Assembly: GCA_002457605.1 (NCBI GenBank)
Contig: NTJT01000005.1
Coordinates: 1-58,364 of the forward strand
Length of the DNA stretch: 58,364 nt
Source of the DNA: Marine Group II euryarchaeote MED-G34
GTDB lineage: Archaea; Thermoplasmatota; Poseidoniia; Poseidoniales; Thalassarchaeaceae
Reading direction: 5' to 3'
In this document: positions 44,772-54,885 of the stretch, piece by piece
Numbering within the stretch: the stretch's first letter is position 1
Layout of the letters: each line of letters starts with the position of its first letter
The notes under the pieces: generated by a model
The model's input: the letters and a program-made list of their open reading frames with translations, nothing else
Databases searched by the model: none
Told to the model about the DNA's origin: nothing
Position numbers and translations under genes: made by a program

Positions 44772-45989
44772 GTGTACCGGAGCAGTAGCGGCGCGCTAGC
44801 AGTGATCTTCGCGATGTTGATGTTGGCCCCCATAGTTAGCGCTGGTTCCGCTGTCGGACTGTACGAGAAAATCAGTCTGGCTGAGCAAGATCTAGGACTA
44901 AATGGGGCTGCAGTGGATCCTCTAGGAGAATGGGCGGTAGTTTTCGGGGCCGACTCATATCTAGAGTTAGTGAAGACCTCTGATCCAGATGACAGAGTGG
45001 AATTAATTTGGAATGGTGGCGAGGATTTGACGTATGGCGACTTCCACCCTGGAGGGCAGACAGCCCTAATCGTAGGGAGTGATGGGCAAGTCCTCAGATA
45101 CGCACGCGAGGATCACTCAATTACCGACGCCGGAGGAGACCTAGAGTTCAATCAAATCAGGTTGACTGCAGTGGCATGGAACTCAGGAGGATCTTGGGCT
45201 TACGTAGGAGGGTCCGATGGCTGGCTGTGGAGAATGAGGGCCGCTGCTGACGGCGGTGCCGAGGTGCATCTGATTCAGGGCCGAGGAGAGAGTGACATCA
45301 CAGGCATAGATTGTCATCCATCGGTAATGGCCTGTGTAGTCACCAGCCTAGTGGATGGCATCGGAGTGATTGACAGAGACCACACTCTGCACTGGCTAGG
45401 TGGCACTGGATATCCGTGGTCCGATGTCGTCTGCCCATCAACCGAGACAGCAGACTGCGTAGCTGTGTCGAGTGACAGGTACATCGCGAGGGTGGCTCTG
45501 GACGCAGAAGTTGCGTCGACCTCCGATGTGAGTTTGGTGCAAATTACCGGTGCCGAGGGCTACTTCACTGGGATATCGCGTCAGAGCGATGGTCGGTCTC
45601 TAATCTTCGTAGCTCCCTTCGGCCTGATTGAGCACGATCTGGGGTTGAATTCATCCTTCCCCTGGCTGGAGAACTCGGATGTGGTGGAATACGATACGGG
45701 CGTCTCAGGTAGTCGGATAGTAGCGACATGGAGCACTGACAGAGACAGTGGGTGGATACTCACCGACCGAGGTGATATGGTGCAATACCACCCACCATAC
45801 TCGAACGCCATCGGAGGCGTGCTAGAGGTTTGGATACTCATTGCCATCCCTGCTGTTACAATACTGGTGTTACTCAGTTTCGCGCTCAGCCTCTCTCCGG
45901 GCCTTCAACAGCGTTTCACCCTGCGATTCGGCACAGTCGAAGAGAAACGGGCGGCACGCCGGGATGCACGCAGGAAGAAGAGTAGATAG
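44772..45989 (+). CDS. Exported WD40-like beta-propeller with C-terminal membrane anchor
   Basis: Signal peptide; blades DFHPGGQTALIVG, VAWNSGGSWAYVGG; C-terminal TM and basic tail. Confidence 0.78.
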   Translation: MYRSSSGALAVIFAMLMLAPIVSAGSAVGLYEKISLAEQDLGLNGAAVDPLGEWAVVFGADSYLELVKTSDPDDRVELIWNGGEDLTYGDFHPGGQTALIVGSDGQVLRYAREDHSITDAGGDLEFNQIRLTAVAWNSGGSWAYVGGSDGWLWRMRAAADGGAEVHLIQGRGESDITGIDCHPSVMACVVTSLVDGIGVIDRDHTLHWLGGTGYPWSDVVCPSTETADCVAVSSDRYIARVALDAEVASTSDVSLVQITGAEGYFTGISRQSDGRSLIFVAPFGLIEHDLGLNSSFPWLENSDVVEYDTGVSGSRIVATWSTDRDSGWILTDRGDMVQYHPPYSNAIGGVLEVWILIAIPAVTILVLLSFALSLSPGLQQRFTLRFGTVEEKRAARRDARRKKSR

Positions 45990-46036
45990 GCGAGCAACGT
46001 TCATTTGCGGCGCACTGTCGCGGAGTGTTGAGTGAG

Positions 46037-47209
46037 ATGGCGTACGAGGCTTTGGACTTCTACGATATCGATTCATTGCTAACCGATGAGGAACGCATGG
46101 TGCGCGACATGGTGCGCGACTGGGTAGATGAGAAAATTCTCCCAAACATCGAGAAGGCCTGTCGTGATGGTGTATTCCCTGATGAATGGCGAGTTGACCT
46201 CGGCGAAATGGGGATTCTCGGCGCCCCCCTGAAGGGCTACGGCTGCCCTGGGCTCTCATACATCGCTTACGGACTAATCTGTCAGGAGTTGGAACGTGGC
46301 GACAGTGGCGTGCGCTCTTTTGCCAGTGTACAAGGCTCGCTAGCCATGTATCCAATCTGGGACTTCGGAAGCGAGGAGCAGAAGAACCACTACCTTCCCA
46401 AGATGACGACTGGCGAGTGGATTGGATGTTTCGGATTGACTGAGCCTGACTATGGCTCAAATCCTGGTGACATGATTACTCGGGCCGAGGACAAGGGAGA
46501 TCATTACCTACTCAACGGAGCAAAGATGTGGATAACCAACGGCACCATCGCGGACCTAGCCGTGGTATGGGCAAAACTAGACGGTGTAATTCGCGGCTTC
46601 ATAGTCGAGAAAAACGACCCTGGATTCACTGCCCCAGAGATGACAGGGAAGCACTCACTGAAGGCCAGTGTGACCAGCGAGTTAGTGTTCCAAGACTGTA
46701 AAATCCCCAAGGATAGGATGCTTCCGCATGTTAAGGGACTTAAGGGGCCTTTCAGCTGCCTCAACAACGCCCGTTTCGGGATATCTTGGGGAGCCGTTGG
46801 GGCTGCTCAATCATGCTTCAATTCGGCTAGAGAATACGCTCTGAGCAGGATACAGTTCGACCACCCGATAGCCTCTTTCCAACTGGTTCAGAACAAGTTG
46901 GCGTGGATGCTGAGAGAGATCACCAAGGCCCAGTTGCTAGCGTATCACCTAGGTAAGAAGAAGGATGAGGGGACTTGGATACCAGAGCATATCTCGTTGG
47001 CCAAAATGAATAACGTCGATATCGCACTCGAGATTGCACGTATGGCTCGAGACATCCACGGTGCCAACGGAATCCTAGACGAGTATCCGGTGATGCGGCA
47101 TATGGCCAACCTAGAGTCAGTCAAGACCTACGAGGGAACTCACGATATCCACAACCTAATTCTCGGTCGCCACATTACCGGGATACAGGCATTCACAAGA
47201 GAGTCTTGA
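46037..47209 (+). CDS. Glutaryl-CoA dehydrogenase-like acyl-CoA dehydrogenase
   Basis: ELERGDSGVRS..SVQGSL, FGLTEPDYGS, SLKASVT, GPFSCLNNAR, NLESVKTYEGTHDIH. Confidence 0.9.
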   Translation: MAYEALDFYDIDSLLTDEERMVRDMVRDWVDEKILPNIEKACRDGVFPDEWRVDLGEMGILGAPLKGYGCPGLSYIAYGLICQELERGDSGVRSFASVQGSLAMYPIWDFGSEEQKNHYLPKMTTGEWIGCFGLTEPDYGSNPGDMITRAEDKGDHYLLNGAKMWITNGTIADLAVVWAKLDGVIRGFIVEKNDPGFTAPEMTGKHSLKASVTSELVFQDCKIPKDRMLPHVKGLKGPFSCLNNARFGISWGAVGAAQSCFNSAREYALSRIQFDHPIASFQLVQNKLAWMLREITKAQLLAYHLGKKKDEGTWIPEHISLAKMNNVDIALEIARMARDIHGANGILDEYPVMRHMANLESVKTYEGTHDIHNLILGRHITGIQAFTRES

Positions 47210-47293
47210 GGTCTGGATTGGTGTTTCCCACCTTCGGTGGGACTGCCGAAAATTCATAGAGGGGGCTTTAGTCGCCGGAGCGCTGGTGTTGAC

Positions 47294-48055
47294 ATGGGAA
47301 TAGCCGTACTACTCAAGCAGGTTCCCGACACCACAGCTAAGATCAGTGTCTCAGGAGGGAGGGTCGACGAATCTGCGGTCAGCAAGTGGTCGATGAGTCC
47401 GTACGACGAGTATGCGCTTGAATCCGCCCTTCAACTCAAAGAGTCCGGAGGAGGCGATTTAGTTGCCATTACCTGCGGTCCGGCTAGGGCCGTCAAGATG
47501 TTGACTGATGCCGCGGCCGTTGGTGCCGACTCGTTAATCCACATACTCGTGGAAGACCTAAGCGCCCTTGACAGCACACAGGTGCAGGCAATACTGGCTG
47601 CTGCCGTTGCCCATTCCGGTTCCGACATCGTGTTCTGTGGTAAGCAGGCCGCTGATACAAACGCGGGCTCAACTGGCCCAGGAGTGGCACACCTGATGGA
47701 TGCATCTTGCGTCACCATGGTCTCTGAGGTAACTCCCGACGGCGGTTCTCTTATGGCCATGCGAGCCAGTCCGAATGGCAACGAGAGAGTCTCTGTTTCG
47801 GCCCCCTGTGTCTTCGCCTTCGATAAGGGCATCATCGAACTGCGTCGGCCTAACGTACGAGGCATCATGATGGCCAAGAAGAAGGTCGCGGAGACTCTGG
47901 GGCCTGCCGATCTCGGCGTGGACATCTCGACCTCATCAGTTTCCATTGTTGGCCACACTCCTCCACCACAGAAACCACCTGGACAGAAGTTTGAGGGTGC
48001 GGATTCCGTAGCAGCAGTAGTGAGCAAACTACGCGACGAGGCGAACGTCATCTGA
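47294..48055 (+). CDS. etfB: Electron transfer flavoprotein beta subunit
   Basis: KQVPDT, MSPYDEYALE, CGKQAAD, RRPNVRGIMMAKKK. Confidence 0.94.
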   Translation: MGIAVLLKQVPDTTAKISVSGGRVDESAVSKWSMSPYDEYALESALQLKESGGGDLVAITCGPARAVKMLTDAAAVGADSLIHILVEDLSALDSTQVQAILAAAVAHSGSDIVFCGKQAADTNAGSTGPGVAHLMDASCVTMVSEVTPDGGSLMAMRASPNGNERVSVSAPCVFAFDKGIIELRRPNVRGIMMAKKKVAETLGPADLGVDISTSSVSIVGHTPPPQKPPGQKFEGADSVAAVVSKLRDEANVI

Positions 48056-48065
48056 GGTGAGAATA

Positions 48066-48986
48066 ATGGATGTCACAGTGATAGCAGAAACCTCTGGAGG
48101 CGGGCTGCACCCGGTCACCGCCCAACTAGTAGGGGCTGCGGCATCCATAGGCGGCACACCAACAGTGCTGTGCGCTGGGGGAACAGGGGCTACCGAAGCT
48201 GCTTCCATCTCTGGTGTCGTCAAGGTGATCTCAGTAGTTGGAGACTGCTTCGAGACCTTCGACAGTGGCGCATGGGCAAAAGCTCTGAACTCAGTTACAG
48301 GAGGTGACGTGATTATTGCCGCTGCATCTCCCTCGGGTCGCGAGATAGCTGCTACGATGGCTGCAATACGCGGTATCCCGATTGTTCAGGATGCAACCGA
48401 TTTGGCTCCTGGGATATCTGTGACCCGACCCATTTACTCCGGCAAGGCAATCGAGACTTCAACAGTAACCACGCCATGTGCCATCACCCTGCGGGCCAAT
48501 GCTTTCGAATCCGCCGGAGAGGGTGGTTCGGCGGAAGTCAGTACGGTGAATCAGAGCGCTGACGTGGCAGTGGCTGTGAGGGAAGCCATCGCTAAGGCCA
48601 GTGAGAGATTGGATGTCGCAGAAGCTGACATCATTATTTCCGGTGGCAGAGGCATGGGAGACCCTGCCAACTTCTCTCATCTAAACGAGATTTCGGATAT
48701 GATAGGGGCCGCTGTCGGCGCCAGCAGGGCGGCAGTAGACACTTGGGAAGAGATACCTCACGGAATGCAGGTGGGGCAAACTGGGAAGACGGTGACACCG
48801 AGCCTATACATCGCGGTTGGCATCAGCGGAGCGATACAGCATCTCGCAGGTATGAGGACGAGTAAGTACATCGTCGCCATCAACAAAGACCCTGATGCTC
48901 CCATATTCGGCGTGGCTGACTATGGGATAGTAGCTACTTGGGAAGCTGCGCTTCCCGCCCTAAAGGAAGAATTGGGGAAACTCTAA
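48066..48986 (+). CDS. etfA: Electron transfer flavoprotein alpha subunit
   Basis: [48 protein letters not shown]. Confidence 0.95.
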   Translation: MDVTVIAETSGGGLHPVTAQLVGAAASIGGTPTVLCAGGTGATEAASISGVVKVISVVGDCFETFDSGAWAKALNSVTGGDVIIAAASPSGREIAATMAAIRGIPIVQDATDLAPGISVTRPIYSGKAIETSTVTTPCAITLRANAFESAGEGGSAEVSTVNQSADVAVAVREAIAKASERLDVAEADIIISGGRGMGDPANFSHLNEISDMIGAAVGASRAAVDTWEEIPHGMQVGQTGKTVTPSLYIAVGISGAIQHLAGMRTSKYIVAINKDPDAPIFGVADYGIVATWEAALPALKEELGKL

Positions 48987-50474
48987 TCATCGGACTTGAA
49001 TGGTTATTGTAGACTTGCTAGAGGCCCCTCTATCGTCGGTCACAGTCAGATGAAAAACGTGGACACCGCCAGACAGTCTGACACGAACCTGTGGAGTGTC
49101 GCCTATGACATTCCCTCTACCATCCTCCCAAGCCCATCTTCCGATACTGCCATCCGGATCGTAAGATCGTTCTCCGTCCAGCAGCACTGTTGCCTTGCCC
49201 TCTTCGTCAACGTCTACTGTCCTATCTTCCCCGGCATCTGCAACTGGTGGAAGGTTGATTGCTCGCGCTGCCGCCGAGAGATCTTCGAGCAAATCGCTCT
49301 CTATGGCTGGTGGGCCAACCTCAAGCTCCGTATCCTCGTGCAGAGTATCCAGAATACTTTCAGCCCCCTCAAGCGTATTGGGCCTCATGTCAACCTGCCT
49401 CTGCTCCTCATCAGATAGTGCTCCCGAGTACTCCTCAGAGACCGAGGGATTTTCCACTTCTACAGGCATATCATCGTACCTAGGTGGCGAGTCAGGGTCG
49501 ATTATGACGAGAGGTGGTGGTGTCTTTCCCTTCCTGTCATCTCCCATTAGAGCGACTCTCCCTGCGAGAGGGATGATATGCTCGACGACTCCAATATGCT
49601 CGAAATGCCAGACCACCTCACCCATGGTGGTGATTCGGAACACGTCGAACCACGAGGCGACCAAGATGTCATCGCCCCACTGGATGATTTGAGAGACCTG
49701 ATAGTCCAATCTGGCGATTAATCTAGGGTCCGAATCGCCTATGTCGAGGGAAAGTAGGCTGCCATCGAAGCAACCCACTATTGTCCCGGATTCTGTAGGC
49801 CGCAACACCGTGGCCCTAGAAGGGAGTTCCGAGGTGTTCAGCAACCCATTCTCTGGATGCCAGCACTCGAGTCTGTTCTCAGGCCTGTCGTCGACGGTCA
49901 TCCCGAGAGAGTTTCGTGCCACTAGAAGGACGCCATCATGACGGAATGCCATGCACGATATGGTCTCGACGTCGTCCTCGGCAGCGGGTGAGTCGTGTAA
50001 CACCTCAAGCGCTGGCCCGAGGAGCAGTAGCCTGCCATCTTCAAGGGCGGCGGCGAATACTCCCTCGGGAGAACATGTGAGAGATGTGACGTGTCCGAAC
50101 TCTGCTTGGGCGACTTCGCTTCCGTCATCTGCTAGAGAGATGAGCTGTCCAGTGCCATCAGCCACCACCGTGTGTAACGATGACGCTGTCACCACCTCGC
50201 ACCCGGATTCCAGAGGGCGGTCCCAGAGCGGCTCGTCTTGGAATGCTTGAACACCACCGGTACTGGTGCCGGCAACCAAAACACCGCGTAAGCTCGCGAG
50301 ACCTACTACTCGGCTGTCGAGCGCAGTGGTTCTGATGACTACTCCGTCTGAGCCATAAATATGGAGAGTTCCTGAGTCGAAGCCGGCTGCGAAGTTTCCT
50401 TCAGGGAGCGTGCAGACACAACGGACCACCTCATCCATCTCGATGGTCGCCAGTGCGTCAATGGCCCCCCTCAT
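48987..50474 (-). CDS. WD40/PQQ-like beta-propeller plus C-terminal PKD domain protein
   Basis: Repeated blades (FAAGFDSGTL, VAGTSTGGV, VGCFDGSL); NLPPVADAG...SYDPDG.I..WAW...LTVTDDRGA. Start MRGAID avoids overlap with purF. Confidence 0.78.
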   Translation of the reverse strand: MRGAIDALATIEMDEVVRCVCTLPEGNFAAGFDSGTLHIYGSDGVVIRTTALDSRVVGLASLRGVLVAGTSTGGVQAFQDEPLWDRPLESGCEVVTASSLHTVVADGTGQLISLADDGSEVAQAEFGHVTSLTCSPEGVFAAALEDGRLLLLGPALEVLHDSPAAEDDVETISCMAFRHDGVLLVARNSLGMTVDDRPENRLECWHPENGLLNTSELPSRATVLRPTESGTIVGCFDGSLLSLDIGDSDPRLIARLDYQVSQIIQWGDDILVASWFDVFRITTMGEVVWHFEHIGVVEHIIPLAGRVALMGDDRKGKTPPPLVIIDPDSPPRYDDMPVEVENPSVSEEYSGALSDEEQRQVDMRPNTLEGAESILDTLHEDTELEVGPPAIESDLLEDLSAAARAINLPPVADAGEDRTVDVDEEGKATVLLDGERSYDPDGSIGRWAWEDGRGNVIGDTPQVRVRLSGGVHVFHLTVTDDRGASSKSTITIQVR

Positions 50475-50499
50475 GGGTTCCTGAGCAATCGCTGCGACT

Positions 50500-52023
50500 T
50501 CATTCTGCCGCGTCTGCGCGCTCAGCCGAATTTTCTCCCTTGGCAGCATCGCTGCGTGCGCCCTCAATCCTCGCTAGGTAATCTTCAGTAATTCCCCCGG
50601 TGACGTACACTCCGTTGAAGCATGAGCAGTCGAAGTTTACCAGATTATGATCCCCCGTCCTCATGCAGGCCTCAACGAGGTCCGGTAGATTCTGATAAAT
50701 CAGCCAATCAGCGCCGATGGCCTCCCTAATCTCATCGACAGTCCTGTCATGGGCGACGTACTCATCGCGAGCCGGCATATCGATGCCATACACGTTAGGA
50801 TGTACGATAGGAGGTGCCGAAGATGCGAAGTATACTTTTTTCGCACCGGCTTCCTTAGCCATCTCGACAATCCTTTGTGACGTATTTCCTCTGACTATGC
50901 TATCGTCAACAATCATCACCGTCCTGCCAGCGAACTCCTCTTCTATTGTGTTGAGTTTTTTCTTAACCGAATCCTTACGGATAGACTGGCCTGGCATAAT
51001 GAATGTCCTGCCTATGTAACGGTTCTTGACGAAGCCTTCTCGGAACGGCACGCCCATCTCAGAAGCCATCTCCATAGCGGCTATTCTGCCACTGTCCGGC
51101 ACTGGAATCACCGCATCGATGCCGTGCTCGGGGCGCTCTTTGAGAGCCCTCCTGGCCAAAGCCGCGCCCATCCTTAGTCTCGCCCCATGTACCGATATGC
51201 CATCAATGGTAGAGTCTGGGCGAGCGAAGTAGACGTGCTCGAAAATGCAGGGAGTGTGGACCGGTTCGGCGTGGCAAATCTTGGATGAGAACGCGCCGTC
51301 CATCTTGGCTATTACCGCCTCTCCGGGGGCGACGTCTCGGTCTGCTTCGAATCCTAAAGCAGAACAGGCCACACTCTCCGAAGCAAATAATCGCTCGGTG
51401 AAGCCGTCGACCTCATTCTTACCCATGAATAGGGGCCTTATCCCGTTGGGGTCGCGGAAGGCCACTATGCCCCAGCCAGTAATCATGGTGACTACGCTGT
51501 AACTGCCCTCAGCCCGGAGGTGTGTGCGCTCTACGGCGCGGAATATATCGTCCTCGGTGAGTGCCTCCATACCTCCTGGTCGGCCATTAACAGAGCGTTG
51601 AATCTCTGCAGAGAAGAGATTCAGCAGGGCCTCGGAATCGGAACTGGTATTGATTCTCCTGTGGTCATACTCAAGTAGACTGTTGATGATGTCAGTAGTA
51701 TTATTCAGATTGCCATTGTGGGCGAGGCTCACTCCAAACGGAGTGTTGGTGTAGAAGGGCTGAGCCTCGCTCGCCGAACCTGAGCCTGCTGTGGGATATC
51801 GAACGTGTCCTATCCCCATCGATCCTACGAGCTTGGACATGTGCTTTGACCTGAATACATCTCTAACTAGCCCATTGGCCCGGCGGTGCGAGATGTTGTC
51901 GGAATCGCTAGTCACTATTCCGGCGGCGTCCTGCCCACGATGCTGTAGTACTATCATGCCGTCGTAGATGCAGCCTGCGACCTGAGAGTCCGGATTCCCT
52001 AAGATCCCGATGATACCGCACAT
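50500..52023 (-). CDS. purF: Amidophosphoribosyltransferase
   Basis: N-terminal MCG, LQHRGQD, GHVRYPTAG, AHNGNL, CIFEHVYFARPDS, VDDSIVRGNT, YGIDMP. Confidence 0.97.
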   Translation of the reverse strand: MCGIIGILGNPDSQVAGCIYDGMIVLQHRGQDAAGIVTSDSDNISHRRANGLVRDVFRSKHMSKLVGSMGIGHVRYPTAGSGSASEAQPFYTNTPFGVSLAHNGNLNNTTDIINSLLEYDHRRINTSSDSEALLNLFSAEIQRSVNGRPGGMEALTEDDIFRAVERTHLRAEGSYSVVTMITGWGIVAFRDPNGIRPLFMGKNEVDGFTERLFASESVACSALGFEADRDVAPGEAVIAKMDGAFSSKICHAEPVHTPCIFEHVYFARPDSTIDGISVHGARLRMGAALARRALKERPEHGIDAVIPVPDSGRIAAMEMASEMGVPFREGFVKNRYIGRTFIMPGQSIRKDSVKKKLNTIEEEFAGRTVMIVDDSIVRGNTSQRIVEMAKEAGAKKVYFASSAPPIVHPNVYGIDMPARDEYVAHDRTVDEIREAIGADWLIYQNLPDLVEACMRTGDHNLVNFDCSCFNGVYVTGGITEDYLARIEGARSDAAKGENSAERADAAE

Positions 52024-52069
52024 CGGATACCATTGGGCCCTAGTGGTTCGGGACTTAGCCCTTTCCGGC

Positions 52070-52255
52070 TCACTTGCGTGCTCCCATTAATCGGGAGCGT
52101 TTGTTCCACCGGTACTTGCGTATCCTAGCAGTGGCGCCGTAGCCACAGTGAGCACAGACGCTCTTGGTCTTGTGATACGAGTGCCTGCCACAGCGTCGAC
52201 AACGTATGTGTGTCGACTTCTGCCGCTTGCCCATGCTTGGAGTTCCTTTCGACAT
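52070..52255 (-). CDS. rpl37e: 50S ribosomal protein L37e
   Basis: [24 protein letters not shown]...CAHCGY. Confidence 0.96.
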   Translation of the reverse strand: MSKGTPSMGKRQKSTHIRCRRCGRHSYHKTKSVCAHCGYGATARIRKYRWNKRSRLMGARK

Positions 52256-52319
52256 CGTACCACCTAGGACAGCGCGGCGACCGAAGGGAGTGTTATGAGA
52301 GTTGCCCAAGCGAAATGTA

Positions 52320-52676
52320 TCACTCGGAGCCGGGCTCAGACTCCAGCAGGGCCAGTAGAGGGTCCTCAGGGCGTTTGCGTAATGAGGCCTGGAGGAACAT
52401 GAAGGTACACAATAGGAAGGCAATTGGAATTATATCGAGCAAGGCCAACACGCCCTCTGACATTGTTAGTCTAAGGGCGATGCTGTTAGCAGGTATACCG
52501 ACGATATGGGCAAACAAGTAAGTGGAAGCAAAGATGACAATTGAGGCACCAAGCATCGGGATCGCGGGGCGGTGGTATGGGTTCAGCGTGCCTATCAAGG
52601 CGAGTATTACGAACAGCGAGGTTAGTGCGGCTGAGCCCGCAAACGCGGAGATTGCCAATTCGAGATTAGGGTTCAT
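52320..52676 (-). CDS. Hypothetical membrane protein (3 TM)
   Basis: Three hydrophobic helices; coupled to the upstream membrane gene. Confidence 0.7.
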   Translation of the reverse strand: MNPNLELAISAFAGSAALTSLFVILALIGTLNPYHRPAIPMLGASIVIFASTYLFAHIVGIPANSIALRLTMSEGVLALLDIIPIAFLLCTFMFLQASLRKRPEDPLLALLESEPGSE

Positions 52677-53205
52677 CCGCAACCTCCAGATGTCTCCTCA
52701 AGACACTCTCAACATACTTCTTCTCCTTCTCAGACAGGGGTTCTGTCTCGGGCTCCTGCGGAGTCATCCTCTCAGCCGTGCGAACACATAGTGCAAACAC
52801 TGCAAGAGCTAGGGTCATTCCAAGCAGAGCGCTTACTCCCCTAAGGGCGTCCGATAGGGCCACATTCATGATTGAATAGTACTGATACCATGCCACTACA
52901 ATCAGAGCCCATCCGGCCAACAGTGGCAATAATCGCGTCCTCCAGTACAACGGCGCCCCAATGAGTACGAGTGTCGAACCCGCCAGAGCCGGCAGAAGCC
53001 ACATGGCAGCGTCCATAGTGGCTGCCACCACTTCTGACTCGGGGTGAGGGGGTTTCTCGACTCGAAATAGCATCACCGCCAATCCAAGAAGGGCCAGGGG
53101 GATTCCGAATGGGTGCCGCCTGAATGCGGGCCCCGTTCTGTGCATGCTGATACCAATGATAGTAATGGCCATGCCGAGCCACACCTGAGCGGCCCATGGT
53201 GACAT
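52666..53205 (-). CDS. Hypothetical multi-pass membrane protein
   Basis: About five hydrophobic helices, charged C-terminal tail. Confidence 0.72.
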   Translation of the reverse strand: MSPWAAQVWLGMAITIIGISMHRTGPAFRRHPFGIPLALLGLAVMLFRVEKPPHPESEVVAATMDAAMWLLPALAGSTLVLIGAPLYWRTRLLPLLAGWALIVVAWYQYYSIMNVALSDALRGVSALLGMTLALAVFALCVRTAERMTPQEPETEPLSEKEKKYVESVLRRHLEVADEP

Positions 53206-53343
53206 GGTCCGCTACGCGTTGACGCATTACATCGTATTTGTGTAATCGGCCTATCGTGGGGATTCCTGCTACGCAGGAGTCTTGATAGAGTTCATAAACG
53301 GGTCATCGGTGGCCGCGACGTCGCAAGACGCTGAGGTGGAGAC

Positions 53344-53625
53344 ATGGTGAAGATGCCGCGGATAGTGAAGCGCTACAGTCCCGCGGCTGGCAAGCATACC
53401 GAACACACAGTCGAGCGTGTCAAGAAGCGACGTGCTAGTGAACTGAAATGGGGTCAGCGCCGCTTCCGTCGTGTTACTGCTGGATACCGTGGTTTCCCGC
53501 GACCGAAGCCGTCCGGAGAGAAGCCGACCAAGCGCGTGAACCTAATATTCAGGTGTCAAGAGACCGGAAAGGCACACTCCCCCGCTGGGAAGCGTGCTAG
53601 GAAATTCGAACTAGTCGACAAGTGA
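53344..53625 (+). CDS. rpl44e: 50S ribosomal protein L44e (eL42)
   Basis: KHTEHTV, WGQRRFRR..AGYRGFPRP, KPTKRV; first gene of the conserved eL42-eS27-aIF2a-Nop10-PAC2 operon. Confidence 0.95.
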   Translation: MVKMPRIVKRYSPAAGKHTEHTVERVKKRRASELKWGQRRFRRVTAGYRGFPRPKPSGEKPTKRVNLIFRCQETGKAHSPAGKRARKFELVDK

Positions 53626-53638
53626 TTGAGGTGGAATG

Positions 53639-53809
53639 ATGAGTGGAAGGTTCCTTCGTGTGAACTGCCGTGACTGTGGTCACGAGGCCATCATCTTTGA
53701 GAGGGCGTCAACCTCGATTGCCTGCTCCATCTGCGGTGCGACACTGGCTCGTCCCGCAGGAGGCAGGGCGGACTTGTCAGGCAGCACGATTGTAGACGTC
53801 CTCGAGTAA
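53639..53809 (+). CDS. rps27e: 30S ribosomal protein S27e (absent from the ORF track)
   Basis: MSGRFLRVNCRDCGHEAIIFERASTSIACSICGATLARPAGGRA...VLE*; GAGGTG RBS. Confidence 0.95.
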   Translation: MSGRFLRVNCRDCGHEAIIFERASTSIACSICGATLARPAGGRADLSGSTIVDVLE

Positions 53810-53822
53810 AGGGGGCGTTTAG

Positions 53823-54605
53823 GTGAGTTCTGCTGCTTGGCCCGAAGAGGGGGAACTGCTGATTTGTACGGTCAGAAGCGTCAAGGAAAACGGTGCCTAC
53901 CTCAATCTTGAGGGATACGAGGGCAGAACCGGTTTCGTCTTCATCGGAGAAGTCGCCTCTGGCTGGGTCAAGAACATCGGCAGTCACCTGAGAGAAGGCC
54001 AGCGAGTGGTCGCCAAGACGATTCAAGTGAAGCGTGCCAAGGAACGTATCGAGCTCTCGATAAAATCCGTCTCAGACGAGCGTAGGAGAGATACTCTACA
54101 GGCTTGGAAGAACCGTAAGCGGGCTAGCCAGATCATGCGAGTCGCGGCCGAAAGAGTCGGCTGGGATGAACAGAAGACAGTCGAAGTCTGCGATGAGATG
54201 CGTGAGGTCTTCGGGACTCTGTATGGGGCTCTCGAGGAGTGCGCCATGAGTGAGAATGTTCTGAGTGAATCCGGATTCACCGGAGATTGGATAACCGTGG
54301 TCACCGAACTCGCAGTAGAGAACATCGTACCTCCATTCGTCGAGATTCGTGGCGAGTTCGACCTACAGGTCTGGGGGCCTGAAGGCGTCAGTGCAATTCG
54401 GGAGGCGTTGCAGGCCGCAGAATCCTGTGCCGTAGGACTCGAGGAGGTCACGCTGACCTGTCACTACGACGGAGCCCCCCACTACAGGGTGGACATTCGA
54501 GCCCCGGACTATCGAGCAGCGGAGTCCGTATGGGAAGCCGCACAGAAGGCAGTCTCGGAGCGCATGTCCTCGGTCGAGGGCTCAATCTCCGTCGAACGCC
54601 TCTGA
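53823..54605 (+). CDS. eif2a: Translation initiation factor 2 alpha subunit
   Basis: WPEEGEL S1 domain, EVASGWVKNI, IELSIK, GAPHYRVDI.APDY. Confidence 0.95.
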   Translation: MSSAAWPEEGELLICTVRSVKENGAYLNLEGYEGRTGFVFIGEVASGWVKNIGSHLREGQRVVAKTIQVKRAKERIELSIKSVSDERRRDTLQAWKNRKRASQIMRVAAERVGWDEQKTVEVCDEMREVFGTLYGALEECAMSENVLSESGFTGDWITVVTELAVENIVPPFVEIRGEFDLQVWGPEGVSAIREALQAAESCAVGLEEVTLTCHYDGAPHYRVDIRAPDYRAAESVWEAAQKAVSERMSSVEGSISVERL

Positions 54606-54666
54606 GAGGTACAAACGAAGCACAGACTTCATTGACTCTTCCTAGCGGACGCTGATTGAGGATAGG

Positions 54667-54885
54667 ATGGTTCGCACCAGATTACAGCGCTGCAGTGCCT
54701 GCGGCGAGTATGGCTTGGCTACAAGGTGCAAGAAGTGCGGGGCTGCTATGGTAGCCGTATCACCGATGAAATACTCGCCGGAGGACCCGCAGGGAGCAAG
54801 GCGCAGGAAGAGGCTTGATGTCGGCAGCGAGGAGTGGCTCGAATCCCTCCCGACACCTAGAGATAATGGGAGTGAAGAGGAATGA
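54667..54885 (+). CDS. nop10: H/ACA RNP protein Nop10
   Basis: CSACGEY.L..CKKCG...PMKYSPEDP.G.RRR. Confidence 0.92.
   Translation: MVRTRLQRCSACGEYGLATRCKKCGAAMVAVSPMKYSPEDPQGARRRKRLDVGSEEWLESLPTPRDNGSEEE

Noticed and set aside
50475-50567. Apparent overlap of purF with the downstream propeller-PKD ORF
   Set aside because: Resolved by using the ATG at 50474.
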